A stretch of DNA of 64,000 bases from Hydrolagus affinis (taxonomy: Eukaryota). This document shows, in pieces, positions 36,444 to 47,450 of the stretch. Below the pieces are notes generated by a model that made no database searches, was not told where the DNA came from, and saw only the letters and a list, made by a program, of their open reading frames with translations. Numbering within the stretch: position 1 is the stretch's first letter; each line of letters opens with the position of its first letter. Where the stretch lies: positions 1 through 64,000 of the forward strand of contig JAAILG010000802.1 of the NCBI GenBank assembly GCA_012026655.1, given 5' to 3'. A program made the position numbers and the translations under genes.

Positions 36444-36739
36444 CACAGTCTTAAGATAAGGGATCAGCCTTTTCGCACAGAGTTGAGGAAACACTTCTTC
36501 ACTCAGAGGGTGGTGAATTTATGGAATTCTCTACCCCAAAAGACTGGAGATGCTCAGTCCTTGAACATATTCAAGACTGAAATTGATAGATTTCTTATGG
36601 ATAAAGGGATTAAGAGATATGAGGATAAGGCGGGTGGATGAAGTTAGATTAGAAGATCAGCCATAATCTTATTGAATGGCGGGGCAGGCTTGAGGGGCTG
36701 AATGGCCTACTCCTGCTCCTTATTCCTATGTTCTTATGT
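36444..36739 (+). mobile_element. CR1 LINE 3' end
   Basis: FFTQRVVNLWNSLP motif; tail GGGGCTGAATGGCCTACTCCTGCTCCTTATTCCTATGTTCTTATG. Confidence 0.92.
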
Positions 36740-37574
36740 CATACGCATTGACTCCAAGAATAAATGTGGCAGTATTGCACCTTTTGCCCTGATTCCCAGA
36801 GTTTGCAATACTACAAGCTTTCTTAGCTTTTATGATGCATGAAATTCTATTTTATTTTGAGAATTGAGCAAACAACAAAAAAAGCAGTTCACAATGAGTG
36901 GCCTTTATAGTCTGCCAGAGGTTTGCAGAACAAGGCTCAGGTTTTAAGTGGCGGCTGTGTTTGATTACTGTCACATGGCTTGTGAAATGAAGTACAGTGG
37001 AGGTCAATCTTTGTCAAAGTGAAATGTAAAAGTCAAAGTGGCCTCTTAATGTTTATGTTGAACATAATAAAAAGGACTGACTTTGAAACTTTTTTTATTT
37101 TAATAAGGAATCTTTTATAGGAAGCTGATCCTATTTTCAGTATTTGTTTCAAATGGGAGTTGAAGTGCCATTCTTTCACTCATTTTCATATCTCCCTTTA
37201 AGAAGCTCAGAGGTGAAATTATGTTTTAATTGTCACTGTCATTCTTATATTGTCCGGTGAATGCTGTAACTATTTATCTGTCTGCATATTTTAGGTGTTG
37301 GTTTTGTCACACGTCATATTGATATCTACTTTTGAAACTTTTGAAATATACATTTTTGCATCACTGCTAAGTTTTGGGTAACTTTTGGCATGAAGCCAAT
37401 TCATTGAAATATTTAGCAAGTTAGTAACCAGACGATCAAATAGAAAGCTTCAATTGTTCTTGACCCATTGTGTGTTGGTAGCTGATGATTATTTTTGTGC
37501 TTATTTCGCTGAAGGCATGTCACTTTTTTTGTGGGTGTCAGTATCAGGTACTCCCAGATCACATTAGAGTAAGC

Positions 37575-38406
37575 GTACCTAGAATATTGTGTGCAGTTTT
37601 GGTCTCCTTATTTAAGAAAGGTCGTGCAGCGTAGATTCACTAGGTTGGTTCCTGAGATGATAAGGTTGACCTATAAGGATAGGTTGAGTAAACTAAGCCT
37701 ATATTCTCTAGAATATAGAAGAATTAGAGGTGATCTTACAGAAACCTGTAAGATTCTTAAGGGGCACGACGGGGTAGACAGTGGGAGACTGTTTCCCCTG
37801 GTAGGAGAATCTATAACTAGGGGTCACAGTCTTAAAATTAAGGGTCAGCCTTTTTGAACAGAGTTGAGGAAACATTTCTTCACTCAGAGGGTAGTGAATT
37901 TATGGAATTCTCTACCCCAAAAGGCTATGTGGAGCTCCTGTAACTTAATGGTTAGAGCACTTGCCTTACAAGTGTGAGACCTGTCAGAATCCAGGCAGAT
38001 CAGGGTGAAACCTTAGGCAAGTTTCATTACTCCATACTCCTAATAATAAACCGTCCAATACACAATAATAAAAATTGGTAATTTCAATCCATGACTGTTT
38101 GTGGGACACTGCTGTATGCAATTGTCTGTCACTTTTCGCCTGCAAATACAGTCAATTCACTTTACAATATATTCTGTGAAGCGCTTTGAGACATCGATAA
38201 GATGTGAAAAGTGCTACACCAAATGCAAGGATTGTTGTTATTATTATAGATGCTCAGTTCTTGAACATATTCAAGACTGAAATTGATGGCTTTCTTATGG
38301 ATAGAGGGATTAAGGAATATAGGGATAAGGCGGTAGGATGGAGTTAGATTAGAAGGCTTGAGGGGCCAAATGACCTACTCCTGTTCCTTATTCTAATGTT
38401 CCTATA
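37575..38406 (+). mobile_element. CR1 LINE 3' fragment interrupted by a SINE
   Basis: LEYCVQFWSPYLRK...VQRRFTRLVP...LYSLEYRRIRGDL...TRGHSLK; resumes at 38248 with AGATGCTCAG, matching the 36444 copy. Confidence 0.93.
37929..38247 (+). mobile_element. tRNA-derived SINE nested in CR1
   Basis: GTGGAGCTCCTGTAACTTAATGGTTAGAGCACTTGCCTTACAAG ... AAATGCAAGGATTGTTGTTATTATTAT. Confidence 0.92.
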
Positions 38407-39439
38407 TACTCCCACAAAACACATAATTGCTGCACTTTACAGTAAATTCAGACGTATTTTCACTATATCCAATGTAAAATGCAGACCATGGCTGCTTGAA
38501 ACCTCCTCCAGTAAGTTTGCTTAAGTACAATACCACACTATGCAATCATTTTTATGTCCCACAATCGTCCTCCAATATAGCCTCCATGAGCGAGAGATCA
38601 ACTTTAAGTATGAGTCAGATAACAATCACCCATGAATTGTACACAGGACTGCTTACTTTTTAATTACATAACTAATGGAAAAAAGTGATTTGACTTCAAA
38701 GGATCCATGTGCTGCTATCCTTTTCCAAAAAACAGTATTTGTTGCCAACAGTTCAAATATAAAGACTTCTAAAGAAAACCTCTTCCATTAAACAAGACCT
38801 TTCCTCCCCTCACTTTATTTTAAAGAGAGCTTTCCAACATCAGTACTACTTTTAAAAATCTCAAATCCTAACCAAATTATATAAACAGGTGAACAACATT
38901 TTATGCATTATTTATATTTCTATTGATCTTTTCATTAGAATATTTGATACATTATGTGTGTGCACGTGTGTGTGCATATGTGTGCTGGGATGAGTGGGTG
39001 GGAAGAGGTGGAATGACCTCCACAGAATCACAGAGTTTGGGACCTATAGATGTGTAATTGGTATTGGCACAACGGTTAATGCACCTTGATTTAACGACCG
39101 TCTCCATCTTAAGATTCGGCACTTTTGCAATAAGTCATTCGATGTATAATTCATTGTTTCAACAAAAGCAATAAAGAAACCTAAACAGGAAAACATATAG
39201 GGATTCATTATTATCATTAACTTGTTTGTTCTAGCCAGTTTGGATGGTGAAATTGCTTCTTTGAGCTGAAAATAATATAACTCAGATCTGACCCAAACCA
39301 TGTCAGAAAACTCCTGCATTTCCAACATCCTGCTTAAAATGAACAATCATGTTTGATCTCAATAAGTTAAAGACTTCATTAGGTTGCAACCAAATTTATG
39401 TGACATCCTCTTATCATTAATTTTAAAAATTGGCAGTGG

Positions 39440-39810
39440 GAAATGGGTTAGAACGCTGGTCTTTAACCTTCAGGATCTGGATTTGAATCCAGCCAGACTC
39501 ATGCAACGAAAGCTCACTCTACTGAGTGTGAGGATCTCACGTAAATAAGTTTAGACTGGCCTACCTAGTTGTAGTCAGTGATGCTCACAGAACAGAATTT
39601 GCTTGTATTTTGGCAACAAAATTGCTTTCTTATTTATGGGGGCTACAGGGAGGCCTACTTTGAGAAATTAAGAGATTTACTTTAGAAGGGTACTCCTCAA
39701 CGATTAGCTTCAAAGAACATAATTGAAGACAGGTAAAGGGAGCTTTACTCTGTATCTTGCCTGACCTGGGAGCTGCTGATGTAGACATTGAGTTGCAGAA
39801 GTGGGAAAGT
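39440..39810 (+). mobile_element. LF-SINE-like element, near full length but decayed
   Basis: GGTCTTTAACCTTCAGGATCTGGATTTGAATCCAGCCAGACTC...CGAAAG...GGAGGCC...GGGAGCTTTACTCTGTATCT; collinear with recalled LF-SINE landmarks and with 9530-9725. Confidence 0.65.
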
Positions 39811-40430
39811 GTTCCTTGTCCCTTTACTGACATTCTTTACTTTAATATGCATAAATAATTATACCCATCTCCCAACAGTTATTAAGAAGACACTTTCTAT
39901 TTATTTGCTTGGTTACTTGCTAACTTACTATTCAAAACATCAAGTGAATTAACCATACCAGAACCCAACACTTAGATGTAGTGCAAAAATGTATGTAATA
40001 TTTAAATGTTAGTAACATACAAGGTTTCAAGAACACAATGTGTGGCAAAACCAACAGCTGCAACATTTATTTTACTAACACTTTTTTTTATTGGACATTT
40101 ATAAAATGACATCCTTGTGCTTTCTAAACGGATTGCCTATGGTGGTCTAAATGATTGCCGCAACCTTCAATATTCTTTTGAATGTGGCTTTTGCTGAGCA
40201 CAGCCTCTGTTTTGGATTTGCTTATTCTTTCCGATTAGTTCATAAAGTCTCACTATTTAGCTGTTTCTGCAATTGTGTATTCTTGCTCATATAGAAAAGT
40301 ACACTTTTCCCGCGGAATCCACTACAAATTGCAGGGCTATAGGGAGAGCGTGGGGGAATGGGATTAATTTGGTCAGCTTTTTTCAAAGAGCCGACACAAA
40401 CACTATGTGTGTGTGTATCACACTATGTAT

Positions 40431-40484
40431 GATACATTGGTATCTATGAACCAATAGATACCAATGTATCTATTGGTACATAGA
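40431..40484. repeat. Overlapping inverted repeats (17-bp perfect and 18/19-bp stems)
   Basis: GATACATTGGTATCTAT-gaacca-ATAGATACCAATGTATC and TCTATGAACCAATAGATAC-caat-GTATCTATTGGTACATAGA. Confidence 0.95.
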
Positions 40485-40699
40485 TTGCACCAATCTAATA
40501 AGTGCTATTTCCTCATGTTTAGTTTTTATCAACAAAGTGAAAAATGTAGGTTACTAGTAAAATGTATCTTAATAGCACCAATCAACTCCCCGCCATTATT
40601 TGCAAAATTTGTCAAAAATCGCCCCACAATTTCCCGCAAATTCTTCAGATCTCCTGGCATTTTGGGGGCAAATATTTCTCCACTTTTCTATTGGCCCAG

Positions 40700-40940
40700 C
40701 TCATTGCGTGGAATACCCATTCAACACCCTTATCTTAGTCCTTACTTTCAAATGTTTCCATAGTCTCGCCCTTTCCTACCTCTAAGATCTTCAGGAATTC
40801 TGATCCCGTGGCCTCTCCTTCCCCTCCACCAATTCTATCCTGCTTCATGTCCCCTGCCACACTGCCCCACCATCAGTGGACAAACATTCAGCTACATTGC
40901 CCTTACCCTTGGGAACTCTTCTCAAATCTCTCAGCCTGAC
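40700..40940 (+). mobile_element. Decayed L2 fragment
   Basis: ILVLTFKCFHSLALSYL and CCACCATCAGTGGACAAACATTCAGC. Confidence 0.7.
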
Positions 40941-43374
40941 TGTTACAGTTTTTTACTGACTGTTAGTTAGATACTCCATAATGAGTCAGTCAGACGTGGT
41001 TCCTGTTAATTGTAGTCATTTTTGCATCTTGAGCATAAGAGATAGAAACTAGATTAGCAAATGTCTTGACATTTCACCTTGTCAGTTTTCAACTAGTCAT
41101 AAAAATTTCCAAACAGAATTTGATCATCGTTATTAAATTTTAGGGTGGAAAGTGTGTCAAATCATGTGTTATTAATAATGGCTGCACAAATTAATGCACT
41201 ATTGGAAAAAGTGGCCATTCAAGTGTGTTAATCATTGAATGATTGACAAGTCTGCATGAGGTGGAGTCATCTCCTCCTTCCCAGGAGTCAGCCGCATTGG
41301 ACTTCAGGTTCCTCAACCGGTATTGGATTGTTACTTAGACAGTTAATAATAATAATCTTGCATTTTATATAGTGCTTTTTAACATCTTCTAGACATCTCA
41401 AAGCGCCTCATAGAATGTACTGTAAAGTGAATTGACTGTTTATATGTGGGCAGTTCTGTCTTAACTAAATATAAATAAAGCATAAAGTTATGTCACTATC
41501 TTAATAATGACAAACCAGTCCACATTCTGCGAGCCAGAAATCCAATGCCAGTTTTGGCTGGTTACCATTGTGAACAGTGTTGGGACAGGGACATCTCTGG
41601 TTCTCTTGTGGAATAGTCAATAATTCACACATTCTATCAGTGATGTTTTAAATGAATAAATCACATGTCACAATTGTCACCCCAATGCTTTCTATAAATA
41701 GATCCAAGCTATACGGTTCCATGTTATAATAGGCTCCCTGTATAAAGGTATAGATATAGTGCAAAGTTGCTATTTTTAGCAGTGATGATAAGCAAACTTA
41801 CTTAGGGTAAATGAGTCCAATTGGATATAGTGGAACTATTTAATGGTAAGTAATAGATTCGCTCAGGGAATAGTTTGCAGTGGCTGGAAAGATCAGTGTC
41901 AGCTTCTGTTAGGTTTTATCTCTGTCAGTGTCCTGCTAGTGATAATACTGCAACCCCCACCCTAGGCTGACTGACCAGATCCATTGCTGTCTGAACTTTG
42001 ACCATATCTTCCTAATAACCGTGGTTGGAAAGAAATGAAAACACTGTATTTGCTGCAGTGTCCTCAAAAGATAGGGCAATGCTACTTTAGTATACAAACG
42101 TAATGTTGTTGTTGTAATAATACGTGCACAGCATTCATTGTTTTACATACTCTTCAATAACTATACACTACATGTTTCTGTAACTGCAGTTAAAAAATAT
42201 CCTTTCCTGAGCCTGTATTTACACAACTTCCATAATTTGTGAAAAGGAAATCGGACACGTTTTAGGATCTTCACCCTTTGAGGTTGATAAAATACAACAA
42301 CAACTTGCACTTGTATAGCACCCTCCATGCAGGGTAGCATCTCAGAGCACTTAAGGGGGTGGAGAGGAGAGGTGGCCATAAGCATGGTCGAAGAGGAAGG
42401 TTTTCAGGGTGGACTTGAAAAAGGGACAAAATAGGACAAATGTAAAATAGGCCCTAAATATTAAATACCTTCTTGAGGCTGAGGTGGAGGGGGAAACATG
42501 GTTTTCCTGGGGTTTAAGGGATGTAATAGAGTGAATAGAATGAACTCAACTACATGGCTGATGAATGATGTAATTAGAAGCATAAACAATGTAATTGGTG
42601 TGGTACTCAAATGTGTGAGCTGTGTCTTAGTCTCACAATATACTTTGGAGGCAATGCCATGCAGGCGTGAAGAAAAACAGAGGATTCCATGTGTTTTCGC
42701 TCTGAATCAATGATTTCAATGAAAATTGCGGTATTTACAGCCAGTTAGAGGCCAACTGTGTAACTATCGAATATATCCATTTCTGAAGAAATTAAAAAGG
42801 GAAGAGAATTTTTTACATTTTGCCACTAAATAACCTGTCTGGTCTCCCTCTGTCATTTCCGTTTCTATGCCCATCTTATATGTTTCAGAAAGTGAAACAC
42901 AGGGTAGTTCAATATGTGTATAGTAAATCTCCGAATGAACAGCAATGGCCATTCATGCCATTGTGTAAGGTATGAAGATTATAAAATAACAGAAATTGCA
43001 GTACAGAAGGATTCTTTCCCCAATCCGAAACTGTGCTGGTGTTAATTCCTCACTGAAGTTATATAGCCAATACCCAATCCTCGTTCTTTCCCTGTATCCT
43101 GTCATATTGCATTTTATTAGGTCATAAAAGGAAGGCTGGCTGAAGTTATTGATTTCAAGCTTGAACTTCAGTTTATACTTGCACCAAACTGGTGCTCAGG
43201 TTGTTCAAAGTAATGCAAAGCCAAATTGCCCCTGGTAAGTTATGGCATTTGCAAACCGGGCTTTTGAAGGCTCTGTATATTTTGAGCTGACCTGCATACC
43301 CTAGACTTCCTCTTTCATTTGTTCCTGCTGGAACCCGCCGTGTGACATGGACCATTTAGCAGAGTCGGCAGATT

Positions 43375-44105
43375 CAGTTTAATCTTGAGAAATATAAAGC
43401 ACCATGTTTTGGGAAGAGAAACAAAGAAAGGAAGCAAATTCTAAATGCTAAAGTTTGTGATGACATTGATGAACAGACAAATCTAGGAATGTGAAATGTG
43501 TATATGCACTATAGATAAATAGATAGATAGACAGACGGAGCATTTTTACATAAAAATGTAAATATGAAAATTTACAAAATATGAAAATCCAGCAAAGCGC
43601 TTTGAGACTACCTCTTAATGGGAAGGCACTATATCAAATCTAAGTTTTATTATTGTCGACTATGTATGTTGACTATGTATTTCGTAGGCAAATTTGTGCA
43701 CTGCAATGTCCCGCAAACAGCCATAAGGTGAATGATCAATTTTATTTCGGGATTGTTGGGAGAAATCTGGATTTTTACATGTGAAAGTTCAAGTAGCAAA
43801 ATTCTATTAAGAAGTCAAATGGGATTCTGGGTTTTAGGGATGTTAAACAAATGCAGGAAAGTGATGTTATATTTGTACGACATTGGTTAGGAATTGAAGA
43901 ATTGAATGGTTTGAAGTATTGCATGTAATTCTAAGTGCTTCAAGACGCCGGCCGGCCTGAAGGAAGCTATATAAATGTTGTTGTTGATGAACACCCCATT
44001 ATAGAACGGACATCAGAGCCATGGAGGTGACAAGGTTTAGATTCCAGGGACTATGGAGGGGTTATGAATCTGAGGATATACTTGAATCATTGGGATTGTT
44101 TTTAT
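43375..44105 (+). mobile_element. Decayed CR1 ORF2 pieces with SINE-tail insertions at about 43590-43760
   Basis: GGCAGATTCAGTTTAATCTTGAGAAAT (WQxxFNxEK-like); ATTAAGAAGTCAAATGGGATTCTGGG (IKKANGILG-like). Confidence 0.65.
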
Positions 44106-44107
44106 TT

Positions 44108-45300
44108 AACAAGAACAGCAACAAATTACATTTGTATAGCTGCATTCATATCAGGAGGCGGTCCCAAGGCATTGGAGTGTCAGGGATGTGCACCTGAGCT
44201 GGTGGTTGGGATCGGGAAGGGTAGATGGCAGGAGGGTAGGGGTAGGAGGGAGATCAAAGGCACAGTCAAAGAGGCGGGTCTTCAAGGAGACAAGGGAGAG
44301 GGTGAGGTTGAGTGACTGAGGAATGTGCTGATCGGGGCAGAGAACCTGAAGATCCACTCACCAGTGGTGGGCTGGGCAAGGCACAGTACATGAAGCAGGC
44401 CAGAGGGAGCAGACAGGTTGCGAGGATGTAAAGAGTTCATAGGGTTTGGGGGAGCAAGGCTATGGATGTCTTTGAAGGTGAGAACCGGGATGTTGAACTG
44501 TATTCTCTGAGTGATGGGGAGCCAGTGGAGCCGGGCGAGGGTGGGGTGATAAGAGTCCGGAGCCTGGTGCGGGAGATGACATGGACTGCAGAGTTCTGGA
44601 TGATCTGTAGATTGTGGGGGGGAGGAGTTAGGGAGATCAGCAAGCAGAATGTTGCATAGTGAAGCTGGATGTGCTGAATGAGTGGATGAGGGTCTCATTG
44701 GCCTGTGGTGAGAGATAGTGGCGGAACTGGGCAATTTTGCAATGGTGGGGTAAGGCGGAGCAGGTCATGGCATGGATGTGCGGATGAAGGAAAGTCGAGG
44801 GTCAAACAGGATCCTGAGATTCCACATTGGCTCCATGAGGTATAGAGTGCATCCATGAAAGGTGATGCCGTCAGCTCCCGAGGTATGGAAGCGCTGATGG
44901 GAGCCAACCAGGAGGGCCTCAGTCTTGCTGTCATTCAACTGGAGGAAGTTAGCTCTCAGTCAGGATTGGGGTCCGACAGGCAGTCTGTCAGGACAGCAGT
45001 GGTCCTGGAGTTGAGGGTGGAGGCGAAAAGGTAGAGTTGGGTACCATTCGCATACATGTGAAAGTTGGCCCCACGTCTCCGGATGTTGTCACTAAGAGGA
45101 AGCATGTAAATGCTGGAAAGAAGAGGGCCAAGGACAGAACCCTGGAGGGATGCCACACATGATGGGAGATACGATGGGAGAGGTAGGATTTGAACCAGGC
45201 AAGGACAGGTCCATGAAGATTGAGCTGAGAGGAAAGGCAGTGAAGAAAGATAGATTGTCGAAATTAGTAGAGGACAAGGAAGCAGAGAAAGCCCTTAACA
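44108..45300 (-). mobile_element. L2 LINE fragment (RT domain to 3' tail)
   Basis: Reverse strand [17 protein letters not shown]...[42 protein letters not shown]; (AAC)n tail. Confidence 0.93.
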
Positions 45301-45321
45301 TAGGTGAATAAGTCTTCACCT

Positions 45322-45700
45322 AGGGAGCAGCACCAATGGTGTAGTTAGGAACACCCTGGTTGGAATCCTGGTCTCTGTTTGAATTACTGGTCTCACCTGG
45401 GGCTGAAATGAGTTTGGTAAATTGGCCCCAGCCTTCCCAGCCATTAGGGATGTGTTGGGTTCATGCTCCTGATTCTTCTATAGCACCCTCTACTGGTTAT
45501 GTATGTATGTGGCAGTTGGATGGGAAGATGTCAGGCTCAGTGGTGTGATACCCTCCACAGTGGAATGGCCTGCCAATACTTACTGCCAAGGCTCATACGT
45601 AAACAATGGTCCCTTGGGTAGGGTGCTGGAGGCCAATGGTGTCTGTAGAACCAGATCCCAGCAAGAGGAAGTCAGAGGAACATATGAACAGGAGCAGGTA
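45322..45700 (+). repeat. Unclassified ancient SINE-like repeat
   Basis: B-box-like GGTTGGAATCC; GCTCCTGAT...TGTGATACCCTCCACAG...GCCTGCCAATACTTACTG...GGCTCATACGT is shared with 46560-46860 and 32788-33262. Confidence 0.7.
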
Positions 45701-45959
45701 GGGGGAATTAGGAAAATAAATTAGAGATACTCGCTTTATAAAAAATCTTAATACAAGATGTCAATATTCCAAAAGATTTTGAGAAGATATAATAACTACC
45801 TGCATTTAAATAGATAAATATGAAACTGAGATTTGGTGAATCTGAATAAAGGAGCATAAGCCCGGGGTTATCACTGAAATGGTTAGAGATTTAGGGTTGC
45901 AAATGCCATTTTCAAGACAGATACCAGGAAGTTTACCTTTATCCAGAGGGTAATAAATA

Positions 45960-46220
45960 ACTGGCAGAAGGTCGCTAAAAGTCAATAAGGTGTGGTGTGA
46001 CAATAGAGCCATTTGAAAGTGAGTATGAGAAACTTGAATTCAATTTGTTGAGGGTTGAGGTGCCAGTAGAGCTCAATGAGGATGAGGGTGACAGGATCAT
46101 GAAGCCTGGTGCGGGAGAGGACATGGGTGGCAGAGCTCTGGATAATCTGGAACTGGGGAGTCTGGCAGGCAGGGCATTTGAGTTGTCCACTCTGATTCAC
46201 CAACTCTAATGGAACCCATA
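45960..46220 (-). mobile_element. L2 fragment
   Basis: Reverse strand FQIIQSSATHVLSRTRLHDPVTLILIELYWH...IEFKFLILTFK. Confidence 0.8.
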
Positions 46221-46559
46221 ATAAAACACAGAATAAGAAGTTCAATCACGTTAGTGAACACTGGTGTGTTTGGCACTACCCCCACACACCCCCACAACCT
46301 CACCAACACTGTTCAACATAAAAAACGTTTAATGTCCTTGTTTCTAGTTTAAGCTTAAATTGAATCCAGTAGTTTTCAAAATGTGGCAAAGTAACTTACC
46401 CTCAGCAGATTTTCAGACGGTGTTGCTTAAAAACACAAGTCTCTACAGATCATAAAACATCAGATCCAAATGGAATGTATCCAAGAGTATGAAGGGTGGA
46501 ACAAGGGGATTCTGGCATCTGTTGGCATAGCTCTATGGACACAGTTTTGAAAGTTTAAA

Positions 46560-46860
46560 AACATATACTATGGGAAGTCCCATCTGTAGTCTCTGGTCTT
46601 TGGTGAGGTAGCTAATCTCAGCCAGTCCAACGTTGAGTGCTAAAATTGGTTGCAGTGCCTCAGGGCAGGAGACTGGAAGCCACAGCTTATTCCTCAGCAC
46701 TTGCCAGTGATCCTTGATGGGAAGTGCATGTCCGGCCAGGAGATGGTCAGGTACAAATGTGATGTCCTCCACAGCCTGCCAATATTCCCTGTTTGGGTTC
46801 ACATGTGAAGAAAGACAGCCCAGGTTAGATGGTAGAAGGAAGTCCACACATATGCAACTG
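46560..46860 (+). repeat. Unclassified ancient SINE-like repeat
   Basis: CTGGTCTTTGGTGAGGTAGCTAATCTCAGCC...TGTGATGTCCTCCACAGCCTGCCAATATTCCCTG...GGTTCACATGTGAAGAA. Confidence 0.7.
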
Positions 46861-47194
46861 TGCTTTCCAGAGAAATGGAAAGTAACCTAAAAGAAAATCC
46901 AAAACAAAGCTAAAGGCATAATTCAGTGTTTTAGTTCAGTTAACAGTAATTTTGATATCTGTAAAAAGCATTTTAGGAGCATTCCCTGTGAACAAATGTA
47001 TTGCTTTATAATCATGAAATTGATGTGTCTGAAAAATCAATAGAATTTTTCAGATGTAGCAACAACAAAATTACATTTGTATAGCACCTTTTACATTGAA
47101 CAGTTGACACTAGAACCGTTGGCAGAAGAAGTTAGTGGGCTTAATATATATCTTGGCATTTTGAAAGGGTTTAACATTTTGAATAGAACAATTA

Positions 47195-47450
47195 TAATAT
47201 TAGTCCTTGCATTTCATATTGTTCCTTTCACATCAGGACATCTCAAAGTACTTCACAGGATTTACTGTAAGTGTAGTGACTGTGTTTGTAAAATAGATGT
47301 AGCAGCCAATTTACACACAGCAATGTTCCATGAACAGCAACAAAGTCAGCGACCGATTTTATTTGGGGGATTGTTGACAGAGACACCAGAAGAAGCTCCC
47401 TTCACTTTTAAAATGATGCCATGTCATCTTTAACTTCCACCTGAATAGGT
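47195..47450 (-). mobile_element. DeuSINE-type 3' half
   Basis: TCCTTGCATTTCATA...GCAGCCAATTTACACACAGCAATGTTCC...ATGCCATGTCATCTTTAACTTCCACCTGAA. Confidence 0.75.
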
